Shown: positions 34,601 to 47,068 of the stretch, piece after piece
Layout of the letters: each line of letters opens with the position of its first letter
How positions within the stretch are numbered: the stretch's first letter is position 1
From: Lepidodermella squamata
Taxonomy: Eukaryota; Animalia; Gastrotricha
Assembly: GCA_047495785.1 (NCBI GenBank)
Contig: JBLDXI010000025.1
Location: 124,001-188,000, forward strand
Length of the DNA stretch: 64,000 bases
Direction: 5' to 3'
The notes under the pieces: model-generated
Told to the model about the DNA's origin: nothing
The model's database searches: none
Seen by the model: only the letters and a program-made list of their open reading frames with translations
Translations under genes and position numbers: made by a program

Positions 34601-37449
34601 GATGACGTCGTTGAGACTTTAAAATCGAGAGATAGAAAATCAATAATTTCGGACTCTCCATGCATACCTGGCGGTAACTGAGCTTGGCTATTCGAAACGA
34701 CTGTGACAGCTAAAATTAAAGCGATTTTTTCAGCCATTCCATCCAGCATTCCCCTAATGTAATGTCTACTTTTTGCAAAGAGAGCGTGGGAAATTAAAAT
34801 GTCGTTATAGGTCGTCATAGGTCGTAAAACATCGCGAGGAAAAAGTGTTACGAATTTGGACTATACTTGTTATACTAAACGTCTCAGGCGGATGAAGAGA
34901 TAAGAGCTTAATTTGGCGCGTGTAGAATGCAAATGTGCATTTCCGCCTTGATGCTTGAGTGGCGGCGTCTTCATACGTATCCATAGCTCAGCTGAGAGGA
35001 CGGGGAAACTCAATAATGCTATTAGAAGCTATGACTAATGCTAATACTACAACGTCAAATCGATCGCAAATGTGCCGCGAATCACGCATCACGCGGTCGA
35101 AATTAGTAGTGCTAATTATAAATTTATGACGGCCGTTCTCCCGAGCTAACTGACTTGCAAAACCGCCGGCTACCTCGGTGAAATGAAACCACTCGAAAAA
35201 ACATGGAGATAACAACCCCAAGTCAAATATTGACACGCAAGCATATCGACACGCGAAAAAATCGACTTTACCCACCTGAGGCCAGTTCCGTCGCATTATT
35301 GGCTTGCCGTGATTTTTCAGCGGAGCTCGCCGCACTTGCATTGAACCGAACCGATGACGCTGTTGAAACGCGGTTCGATTTTGATCTCGCAAACACTGGC
35401 ATGACTGAAATAACTCTCGGGATAGCTGTAGTCTTTCTTGGTTCAGTCATCGCAAAAGACTCGTTGCCTGGATGGTGGTCGAAAGTTGAAGAAGAAGTAG
35501 TGGAAACATCCTCCAGCGGTGAGACAGGTCGGTTGATAGGCAGCCCGGTCGAAGGCCACTTCTTTCGAGCCGACATCCGCCTTGGCTGTGCAGTGGTTAC
35601 TTCAAAGAAAAGGAGGCCATCTTCGTAGCTTGATGTTACAAACGTCTTTTTCGGTTTCCTTGACCTTGCAGTCAGTTCGTAAAAGAACAACTCCTCAGCG
35701 GAAGCGGAGGAGACGCCGAAAATCGCAACAGGGCCTCTCGTTGTCGTCAAAGCTTCATTTCGTGTTGTGAAAATTGGAACCGTTGGTTGGATCGTTGTCT
35801 CAGCTGTCTCAGTCTGTGGAGTGGTCACAATCGATAGAGGCTCTTCAGTCGTCAGGATGTTGTTCGAAAAAGTTGAGAACACTGATTGAACTGGTGAGGG
35901 TGATGACATTGTTGCAGGTGTCACGTCGTCGTTACGCTTACCTGGCCGCGGCTCAGGTTCCACTGTCGTAATTTGTGCAGTTTCTTCGAAACGCGATGTT
36001 GTAGCTTCGACTGGTTGTAATGTCTGTGTGATAGTGGTACTAGGTAGCAATGTTGTCTGCGACAAGGATTCAGTTGTGTCCCTGAAGTAAGATCTCGCGC
36101 CAGACGACATTGATTGAAGAGGAATCGGCGTGATCGAAGTTGTAGCCAGCGTTTGGGTGGATGTAGAAATTTTTCTAGAAAACAAGGTTTCAGGTTAATC
36201 ATCTCAGTCTCTAGTTGGTTTGAAATTTTATATGGTAGTAACACTGCACTCAGGCAGACTCACCTAGATTTTTGAGTGCTAGTCTCCATGCTGATCTTAG
36301 AAAATTTCACAGGCTTTTGATTCTGAGCTGTAGTTTGAGCGAGCGAGGTTGAAGCGACCGTTGGCCACATCGGCTCCCAAGATGACGCTACTGTAGTAGG
36401 CACTGTTGTTGTCACTGGTCGACTAGTCAGCATCGGAGTTGTGACTTTCGGTCTCGGGCGACCGAGCCTTGAAGTCGTTAACAACATAACTAGGCTACTG
36501 TTGTGGATATTGAGCCGGCCAAATGAAAGCCTCGCTGATTTCGGCAACTTTGGCTTCCCGCTCGGCGCCAATCTCAACTGAGCAGTGGTCGCCGCTGGGC
36601 TTGAAGCCATGATTCTGGTAGTTGCCACTGTGGTTGAAGCATTGAAGCGTGGCGGCTGTGATGTCGTAGTCAATATGACAGGTTTTTCAGTTGTTGTCAA
36701 CCGACGGTCGTTGGACCGGCCCATGACAGGCCTGGGCCGAGTCAACTCGATCGCACTGCGCAGCCATGCTGTCGAGGCGGTTTTAGGCACCAGGTCGCCG
36801 AGAGTCGAGCTGGCGATGGGGGTGGACGACTTCCGCCGGATGGGCCGTTTCGGGGTCGACGGTTCGATAACAATTTCGCCATTTTCTAAAAACGGGGAAA
36901 ACAAATCGATGATGATGAGTGTTGACACTGTAAATAAAAAGCTCGCGGCTGTCGTTCGCATTGTGAGGGACACGTCTAATAACAAAACGACTAAATAAAC
37001 ATGTTGACACCTTTCGTTCTGCAAATACTCGCAAGACGACTTAAAGAGCGGGGAGTACTAAGCCTACTATTGTTGGGAAGCAACAAAAAGCCACCTTCTC
37101 CTCCGCTTGAGTGTTAATCCACTTGAAAAAGGAACTTAAATAACGGAAATGACACTCAAGTTGCCAGAATTTCCGGCCGGATGTGACATGAGTGGGAATT
37201 ATGTGTGACAAAACTGAGCGAGTTTCGTGACACTGCGTAAAGTGGTGGAATTTTCTTACCGTCGTACGTGAAGTAATCAGCCGGCAGTCCTGAGCCGTAG
37301 TAGTCGAACGAGGGCGCAGCGGGCGACGGCGAAAACACGGAGATGGCCTGCAACTCGGCGATATCGTCGTCGATGATCAGCGTCGGCGCGGCTGAGCACG
37401 AAATAACTAGCAGTGATATTGCATAATGGTAAAAAACAGCGCCGGCCAT
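31623..37449 (-). CDS. Membrane-tethered mucin-like protein (signal peptide - Thr/Ser/Pro-rich stalk - SEA-like domain - TM - cytoplasmic tail). Exons approx. 37449..37260, 36885..36264, 36174..35276, (alt first exon 34749..34668), 34564..33833, 33456..33332, 33276..32994, 32941..32851, 32792..32739, 32223..31623
   Basis: Hydrophobic N-termini; T/S-rich ORFs; SEA-like motif VDVDSLVRGSIVCTYRARF; TM IVAIVFGIIGGIVVIGLLVVAWFYYY followed by KRR. All listed junctions are GT-AG and phase-matched. Could be two genes split near 34.9 kb. Confidence 0.7.
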
Positions 37450-39562
37450 GGCGCCCGGGCTTCGATCGACGTCTTCGTTGTCTACTCGGTAATAAAACGA
37501 AAAGAACAGAAGCTATTAAGCTGATGAAAAGGTATGAAAATAGGTAGGGGAATTGCAGGCAATTAGCGCGTGGGGCACGTTGCTGCGGGCGATAAAAACG
37601 ATGAGCGAGACACAGACAGAGGCAGAGGCAGAAGCAGGAGAGAGGCGACGAGCGTAACACGTGGGACGGCAATTAACAGCGTTTTGTCGACGCTGCTGAA
37701 GGCTGAAAGCTGAATAATTGATAAAATAACCGTGCTGCCGACGACGACACCTTGCAGCAGGTGCGAGATACACGGAGGAGAGAAAACTAAACTCGCAGTC
37801 ACGTTGCGCGCGGCGTGTTGAAAAACCGAGCGCGCTCATGTTTTGCGAACGAACGAGGCGCGCAAACAAAGCGCGCAGGCTGGTCGCAGGCAGCACGTAT
37901 AGGCAGGCAGGCAGGCAGGCAGGCAGAATCATCGGCTGCGGCGGTTATTAGGCTCCATTTTCGCCATCATCATCGTCGTCGTCGTCGCCGCCATAGCCAT
38001 CATCACCTATACATACGAGTGACTCACTCGCGGGTTGTGTACAAGCCACTTGCGCGCGGCCGGCCGAAAAGGAAGTGAAAACAACGAACGCGCACGCCTC
38101 GAAACGCACGTGATCGGTGGTAGGTAGGTAGGTAGCAGCCGCGCTAATCCCGTAATATATTAAGGCGCCTTGCCCTACTGGCTGCTGCTGCTGCTGCTGC
38201 TCATGAAAAATGCAACACGCGCGGTCGCCACCTCGCGACCATCGTCGTCCTCATCATCGAGTAATTACACGGGATCATTAACTGAACGCCTTGGCTCGCA
38301 TTGCGACGAACGTACTGCTTGCTCATGGCGACAGCTTCCTAATTGCTGGTCGATGACGCTCACTAATTGAGCGGCCGCTTACTTAATAAAACAACAACAA
38401 CTTTCTTAGCAGCAGTTGCAGCAGCAGCGTCATTAACTCGGCGCTATCGTAACGCCGCATCGTCTATCAACAACTGCTTCTGGTGCTGCTGCCAAGTCGG
38501 CGGCGTTTTTTCCAAGCGCACGTTTCCCCTGCAACTTTGCTTGGCAATTATACATACGGTTCTGCGACGCACAAAATAACGCGCGCGAGTGCGATGGTGC
38601 CGCCACGCGCGCAGATAATCTCGCGCGCTCATCGCAACGAAAGCAAGTCACTGTATGGTATACCTGTTGCTGCTATAATACCCAAATAACTGATGAATAA
38701 ACAAATAATAAATGAGTAAATAAACGAGAAAAACCAAAGTCTTTGTTTTTATTTCGCTTTTTTGGAAACAATAATTTTTACACAACGAACAGATTGCGCG
38801 GCGGTGTGTTTTTACAACAGTTGATGTACAAAGTTGATGATAACAGCTTGTAAATAGACCACCGCGATAATACATGATGATAATTTGTCATCGCAAGAAA
38901 CTCGGCTTGTATAATGTTATTTCTAATTAATTGCCACGTTGACTGCATCATTATTCCAATAAATAGAAGAGTAGAATTATTAGCAATAATGATGAATAAC
39001 GATGAAAAAATTTCAACGTCAGCAACTAATTTTTTCGCATCAGATTTCTCGTCAACTACTGTCATTGCACATTGTGATAAGTAGGTATATATTATCGGAA
39101 AAGCAGACATTTCTCTCTACCGTCTTCGTCGACTCTATGAGCACGTGTTTGCGGTTGTTGTTGTTGAAAAACTGAATTTTCAAAGTGAAACAATGAATGA
39201 ATGACATTCGAATAACAAGAAATATGCAAGAAGACCTTCCCATCTACTATAAGTAATACATCATGATATGAAATGGCGTATATCGTAGGTATGATGTTCA
39301 TTTATTTACACAACTGTAATACAAAAAAGTATAATGATCGCCCTGTGGCGGTGACGAACAACCGGCTTTGTTTCAGTGAGTCGCACCCGACTGCAATAAT
39401 AAATTATCAAATATTAGTAGTATCATCATTACTTTTCTGTTTTTTTTTCTTTGTGAATTATATAATATGGCTTTTTGCAATGAAAGAACAGCTGAGCATA
39501 GGTGATGATGTTGATGTTGATGTCGAGTCGAAACCGGCCAATTGTGAAGAGAGTCGAATCGA

Positions 39563-42500
39563 TCAGTTGGTCGATTGCTGGTGGTGGCGGTGGTGGCACG
39601 CGTCCGACCAGTGGCGCTGCAACCGCTGAGTCTCGAGCGCCTTCGACTCGGGCTGCCGCCACAGCATCACCCGCAACGGCGACTCGATCGTCGAACTCGA
39701 ACTCGAGCTGTCGTCGTTCCAGTCGCGACTCGCCGCCGCCTCGTCCTCGTCCTCGTCGCCGCCGCCGACGAAGAAGCGAGACTCGTCGGCGTGGCTGCCG
39801 TCCGACGGCGCCTCGGACCGGTCCAGCAGCGCCAACAACTCTTCACCCTCTGCAACAAAATCAGTCAATTTTTCAGATAAAAATGTAGAATACAATTCAA
39901 ATTAGTATTAGAAGATACATGCGCAATACTTATACATGCGAGTTAACCCAATTTTCGTAAATTCAAACAAATGAAGAACCTTCAATTGTTCAATTGTATT
40001 CATTTTGGTGAATAAACTACAGATAAACTATAGGCAACTGAAATAGCCAGAGGCGGCGTTAGGCGGAGGCGACCGAGGCTCTGAGGCCAGAATTCTTTTT
40101 ATGGAAATGATCGACAGTAAACGATCACGAAATGGCGCATCACGCGAGCACAATCAATTTTTGAAGCAACAAAACTTAAACAAGTGGTATTTCAAGGGGT
40201 TCACTGTATCTAAGATACCTAAAATGGGGTAAAATGCGCGAGAAACTTCGAAGTTTTCTGCTCGCTACGCTCGCATGATTGATTTCCTCCAGAACATCGC
40301 ATGGAATTAGGTATAATTCATATTTTCTTTGCTGAGTTATAGCTGTTACATCAACTCCGAGCGACTATTGAAATATTGCAAGAAGTGAGCTTGCTTGGTC
40401 GCCTCGATACCTAACGCCGCCCCTGGAAATAGCACACTTGTATTAGGTATGATGTGTTACCTTTGTGGAAGAGGAAAGCGACCGGAATGTCGATGTCGTC
40501 GGCGACGTCGGCCGACAGCGCGAAGAAGGGCGTCGTCGTTTGGCTCGTGCCGCGCTCCGAGTCGACGACGAGCAGGGCGACTGCGCCCAGCGACTGCGCC
40601 GCCCGCGCCTTCTCGGCGAACGTGCAGCCGCCGCGGCGCGCGACGGCGACGGCGCCGGCGAGCGGCGGGCGTGACTCGTCGACGAACACGACGCAGCCGT
40701 CGTCCGAGTGCGTGCGCACCAGGTGCGCCGCCGTCGCGTCGTCGCTCGTCTCGAGGCGGCCGCCGAACTGCGCCGGGCCCGCGTGCCACGTCACGTTGCC
40801 GCAGAACGGCGCCGACACGACCCAGACCTGCACCGGGCGGTACTGCGCCGCCTGCTCGTGCTGCCCGGCCGAACACTGCCCGCCTGCAACACAAAAACAA
40901 CAAAATTAGTTAGTTACACTTATAGTCTACTCAATTTGATGATAGGTGATGACAATCAATCAACGATTTCATCACGCTGACCATGCCGAACTTCCGACTG
41001 CTACTTCGTAATACAAAGTTTACCGCACTTTTACGAGGCTTTCACGGCAAAACTTCGTAAAACTTCGTAAAACACGGCAAAGTTGGTATTCGTCAATTTT
41101 TTATTAGTTTTACCGCGGCAATAAAGACATTTAAAGTCGATCCTTTATTTGTTGAAAAATTCTATTCCTTAGTATATTTCAAAATTGTTAATTAAATGTT
41201 TGACCTTGATTTTTTGCGTTTAGTGCGGTAAAACGTTTACCGGTCCGTGTGTCACCACGTTCATCGCCTTTGCCGTGTTTTCGCATCCTATTTTTGCTCG
41301 GTTTGTTTCTCGCTCCTCAAATCTACCCACTTCAAGATGCATTTAACTGCATTTGTGTTTTTTGTTTTTCAATTCAATTTATCTAGCGTTAATATGGTTA
41401 TCGTGATTGCTGTCATCAATCGTGCCCGTCTTCCTCAGAAGCGGTCACTAATCGATGTGGCAAAGGTGGCCTCGCTGGTGGTCCTGTTGAAAAATGGATT
41501 AGAAAGCCGAGTATTTGAAGACAGACAAATTGGAGATGCTGTTCGCGTACTTCGCGTTTGCCTTAGCGAACCGCTGTTTCATTCGCCCGGGTGCGTTGAC
41601 CCAGATGACAACCCATGAACTGATGAGCCCCATCTATCACGATGATGACACCGTGCTTGACACCGTGTTGAAGGTAGGCGATCAAATGATGATAAATTTC
41701 AATGTAATAATTTTCTATACCGTGTTATAGATTCCAAAGCATCGTGCTACAACGACGCGCTTGTAAATTTCCCTAAGGAAGCCTACGCGGCCGTGAAGGT
41801 GTTTGCAGCAGCAGCCTCATCAAAGGTGCTGCTTCGGCCAAATGGCAAGCCAAAGGTGACATCGGGCAGACTAGCAAACATCTGCAAAGCGTCATTCCAC
41901 AAGGAGTTTGGGAAATCCTTCACCTTCACTGCGTTTCGGCAATACATGCAAACCGTCTTTGTCCAAACGTCCAAGTCCAAGGAGGAAGTGAAATGGTTCA
42001 ACCGGGTCATGGAACACTCGGACGCAGTCGGCGAGAAGCACTAGGTACCAGTTCGCTTTCGCTGCTCACTTCCACGCCTCAATGGGGAAGAAAGTTGAGC
42101 AGCAAATGCTGAGTAGGGAGGCGAACTGGCGCAACTTACCGCACAGCGATTCGAGTGATTCGGAACCGATTTCTTCCCCACCCTCTTATGGCGAGAAACG
42201 TGATGGAGGGGGCGCTCATGTCGACGACTCAGACATTCAGTTTGTCGATAATCGCGACGAAGCCGCCGATCACGGTAAAAACACGGTAAAAAAGGGCATA
42301 CAAGCATTTGTCTGAAAATGATCGCAACCAAACTCAAAACAACTCGGTTCTGTGCGGTAATTTTCTACAACTATAAAATCAAAGTGTTTTGCGAATTTCC
42401 CAACTAGTACTTATTCATTTTTTCATTTTTTAATCAATTTTTCAATTTTTTACCTAGTCGAATTTTTTAATCATATTCAGCAATCAGCGATGAGACATTT

Positions 42501-45500
42501 TTTATTGATTCTCTTCGGAACAAAATTTGAAAAACAAGTTTGGATTTCAAGTAAACATCGCCAGCAATCAAAGTAAACTGTCATCAAGAGACCCCAACAA
42601 GCGACCCTAAGAGCGCTCATTTGGGACCCATGGCCTCGCCCCATCCACCCAACGAATGAGACGTCTCAAAAATAACAAGGAATTTTCAATTTTCAAAGTA
42701 AAAAGTGCCGACGATTTTACGCCACCCAGCGCTTCTGTTAAGTAAAATTGAAAATTCAATTTCGAATGGCATGCGAATATGATTACAAAATTTGTAATTC
42801 CAAGTGAACATGCCACTGAATATGCAACATTCCAACTTGCTCCCGAGAATTCAGTCAACTGTTCAACTGTTGGATAAAAGGCCGCACAAGTAGTCATCAT
42901 ACCTGCATTTTGCTGCGCCTGCGCCTGCAGCAGGACCATGTCGCGCATGAAGGCGAGGCCGGCGGCGGACAGCTCGGTGGACTCGGCCGTCTCCGGGCGG
43001 TGCCACAGCTGCGCCCGCCCGTCCGCGTTCACGATGAGCACGAGGCCCATGCGCCGCACCAGCGCCACGTGCGCCGCGTCGTCCGGGTCGAAGTCGGCCG
43101 CCCGCATCAGCGGCTTCACGTTGTTCGGCATCGACGGCGTCGGCGGCGGCTCTCCATCCTCACCATCACTTCCTATAATCACAATAAATCGTCACAAAAT
43201 GATTGTTAAAATGTAACCCAAGTCATATGCTATCTCTGAAATGTTGCAGTCTTATCCTTTCTAGAACCACTCCGCGTTATACGGTAGATGAAAATCTCAA
43301 ATTTTGCTGTCCCAAATGTTGATGAATGAATGAATGAAATAAGTACCTGATGCTTTCGACGAGTCGTAGCGTGAGAAGGCCGGCGACAGGCCAGCCGTGG
43401 CGATGACGGAGCCGAGTGTCGGGTAGGCCTGGCGAGTTTGCTCGCGCAGCCGCGCCGCCCACAGCCGAATGTCGTCGTTGGCGAGGAGCGCATGGTTGGG
43501 GCACGTCGTCGAGTTGACTCGCGCGTACAACAGCTGCGTCTCGGCCGAGGCGGCCGGGGGCGACCACGCGGCGGCGATCGACGCCAGCCACGACGAGTCC
43601 AAGTCGTCTGATTCCGATTCCGATTCAGAATTGTGCTTCGAACTGCCGCCGCTTCTGCCACTACCTTCACTCCAGTTGTTGAGGTACAGCGGCAGCAAGT
43701 GGCCCTCGGTTGTGAACACATAGTCGTCGACGTCGAGCGGCAGCTGCGACGGCTCCGAGAACAGCAGGTACAGGTACTTGAACGTCTCGGCGAGCAGGTA
43801 CGAGTCCATCTGGTCCGACAGCGTCATCTTGTTGATGTCGTGGATGGCGGCGAAGCCGCACTGCACGCGGCACGTGGCGTTGAGCACGGCGAGCACCTCG
43901 CGGCCCACCTCCAGGTAGTGCGGGTCGCGCGTCGCCCGGTACAGGAAGTACGTCGACTCGATGAACTCGGGCCGGAGCGGATGGTGCGCCCAGTGCGTGC
44001 GGTAGTCCGTCAGCGTCACCGCCTCCGGCAGGAACCGGTACTTGCGCACCAGCGCCCACAGCATCTCGTGCGCGCGGATCGCCGACGGCAAATCGCCAAT
44101 CAGCGTCTGAAAACACGCGAGCGAAAATTAGTACGAAAAATCATATTTTTTGATTAAAAATGTTCCAACAATTAAATATCGATTGAATTTTGAATCGAAA
44201 GAATGAAAATTCCGTTTTCCTGAAAAATTGCGAGAGCAGTATAGACCATCTAAATTCAGCGTAATATTCTGTGCAAGACGTATCGTTCACTTTACAAATC
44301 TTGTCCCGAATTTTTAGAAATATTTTTTCAAGTCAACATTTTGCGCCAGCACGGCCGAATTTATTGTCCGAGCCAAAATAATCCAAATTTGAAAAAAACT
44401 AATCGGGACTCATGTGCATAGTTCATATCAGTTTCTGATTTTGCCGGAAGTATCTGGTAGTTTTTCAAATATTTTTCATTCGAATGAATTCTTAGATATG
44501 ACTGCGAAGGAGTTTTCGCATGCTCAAGGGTAACTCAGAAATTTGTCGAAAAATCAAGTGGTTTTTACCTGTAGTCCGGGCCAAAAGGCGGAGAGGGCGT
44601 CGACGACGTTGCGCGAGGACGAGTGGGGCGAGTGCATGGGCACGTCGACGAGGAAGCCCTCGCGCATCTGGTAGCGCATGATGGCCTCGTAGTGCTGGGC
44701 GAACCGCGCGTAGGCCTCGACGTCGCCCAGCAGGATGTAGGCCTTCATGAGGTACTCGTAGTACGAGTCCGAGCCGGCGCCGACGCCCGAGTCCGAGCGC
44801 ACCCACTCGCCGTTGTCGATGTTCATGATCGAGCCGACGAGGTTCGTGTAGCGGTTGCGCCGCTCGTGCAGCGTGAACGTCGCCCGCCGCGCCTTCTCCT
44901 CGTACACCGAGTTGCCCGTCAGCCGCGACAGCGCGCCCATTTCCAGCAGCACCGACCCAGCGCATGCCTTCAAACAAACGAAAGAGCAACAGTTAGAAAA
45001 AATTCCAAATTTTGTGCCATTTTTTCCACTGTTTTCGGAAAGCCAGGGTTTCGAAAAATATGAGCCGGGTAATGCAGTCGAAATTGAGGGCTACAGCAGC
45101 TATAGTTTACCTCGAATTGTGAATTTTCGAGTTTCAAAAATTCAAAACGCTAAAATCGGTCAATTTAGAGCTAGAAACTCAATTTACGATATTCGGAGAT
45201 GGAAAATCAGATTTCTGCCATCTCAAACTTGCCCTAGCTAAAGCAGCAGGTTTTCTGATTTTCCTGATACTTTCCTCAGTCGCCAACGAAATCTCAACCG
45301 CAGAGCTAAAAGCTTGTGAAACCTTGTACATTTGTACAAATCCTGTCTATTCGCACTTCAGCTGCTCGAGAATGCATAATTTTGTTTTCATAATTATTAC
45401 CGTGCAAGTTGTGCGTTCGGTCGGCACGCCAGCCAGGCCGTACTTGAGGTTGACGCGCGGGTGCGGCAGGCCAGTCGACGACGAGTAGGCGACGAGAAGG

Positions 45501-46525
45501 CGTTGGCCGAGGTCTTCGGCTTTGCGCAGCAACTCGCCCGAGTACCACGACAGCCCCAGGCCGCGTTCTCTCGCGTGATTCGCCAACGCGTGCGCCGACA
45601 ACAACCCACCCAACATGCGAATATTTGTCTCGAAAACAGACACAACAACCTGCAAAAAATATATAGAAGAATTTCGTATAATATTTAGGAGAAAATGTAG
45701 CGCAATTAACAAAAGAACTGAAATCGTACACGTCGTAACTTGGAATGTTTCCAGGAGAACCTTAACGAATTTATCAATAATCAAAAATGTAGTCGGAAAA
45801 ACTCGAAATTCCGAAAATTTATCGATGCAAAGAAATTGATGGGAAATTGAAAATATACCTTGCTCTAAAAATTCAAAAATAATTTTATAATTAATAATTC
45901 AATAATTCAATTTGAATTCTTCAGATTCAACATCTAAACTTTCAAAATTTCATGCTTTTGAATTCGAAATATAAAAAATTAAAAATCAAAATAATTTTAA
46001 AAATTCTACTCAAAACGTGGGCAAAAATAATCGAAAATAAAAATAGAAAAATCGAATAAAATGAATTTTTCGAATAAAATTTGTTGGACTTACATCAGTG
46101 TCGAAATGTACATCGGATATAACGAAACGAACAGCGGTTTCGAAGTCGCGCATCTTGCCCATGACGAAGAGCGTGTCGAGCGAGTCGACGAGCGTGAGCG
46201 AAAAGTTGCCGAGCGCATCGTCGATGTCGCCGCGAGACGGCGTTTTGCCGCGCACTCGGCCCGCACACGACAGCGGCATCAGCTCGTCGGCCGGGTGCGC
46301 GTGGTCCATGTACGACCGCCACGCATGGTCGAACATCTCGACGACGGCGTCCCTCGCCGCCAGCCGCTGTTCGCTGGACATGGCTGAGGCGACTTGAATC
46401 TTAGTGGACAACAACAACAACAGCACAACACTTGTGGATATCACAAACACGAACGATGAGACAACAAGAGATGACGCCGCCGAGTTGCTCGGCTGCTCGC
46501 CTTTCCGGCGACTCCTTATGAGCAT
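39563..46525 (-). CDS. EDEM3: ER degradation-enhancing alpha-mannosidase-like protein 3 (GH47 + PA domain). Exons 46525..46094, 45649..45401, 44967..44569, 44106..43347, 43172..42903, 40883..40461, 39849..39563
   Basis: MFDHAWRSYMDHAHPADELMPLSC, SVFETNIRMLGGLLS, GVGAGSDSYYEYLMK, HPLRPEFIESTYFLY, MDSYLLAETFKYLYLLF, YVFTTEGHLLP. The C-terminal PA domain GPAQFG...RGGCTFAEKAR distinguishes EDEM3. Confidence 0.95.
40048..40425. mobile_element. hAT-type MITE in the last EDEM3 intron
   Basis: TIRs CAGAGGCGGCGTTAGG / CCTAACGCCGCCCCTG; perfect 8-bp TSD GAAATAGC at 40040-40047 and 40426-40433. Confidence 0.88.
41390..42315 (+). pseudogene. Decayed tyrosine-recombinase (Crypton-like) coding remnant inside EDEM3 intron 5
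   Basis: AVINRAR (first Arg box-like) and FTFTAFRQYMQT...MEHSDAVGEKH* matching the YR C-terminal R...MxHS...Y motif, with TAG at the Tyr position. Frameshifted; apparent intron at 41674-41730. Confidence 0.6.
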
Positions 46526-47068
46526 GGTTTATATTGCAGCAGTGACCTCGATTGGGAATCGATTGGGCAAGTTTGAGCCGGAATCGACGAATCGACGAAA
46601 GTACCGTTACACCTCCAGTTTCGACCAATTCCAATCACACAAAATTCTTCGTAAAAAAATGAATCCCTATAAATCGATAGAAATTAGTGGTATAATAAAA
46701 ACGTTGCCGGGTTCATTGGTTCAAGAGCAGCTCTATTTGATAGAGAATTTTCGGATATTGACGACGAGGGACAATAAATTCGACAAGGCCAGCCAGAAAA
46801 GGCGTCTATATATCACAGCATCGTTTTACACGGGGTTTTCCCTAAAATTGCGAAAATAAAATTTCTCAATCCCAAGTTAAAATCGCACCTCAGCTCCCAG
46901 ATTATCTTCGAAACGCCTTTTCTATGGTAGGCCTTGTCGAAATCAGTTGTATTTCTTCTGATTTATAATTCGTTATGTACTATTTTTCTATAATTATTAG
47001 TATTATTTTTTCTTTTTTTTTCTCATAGAAAAACAATGCATATATGATGTATATGGCGTATTGACATA

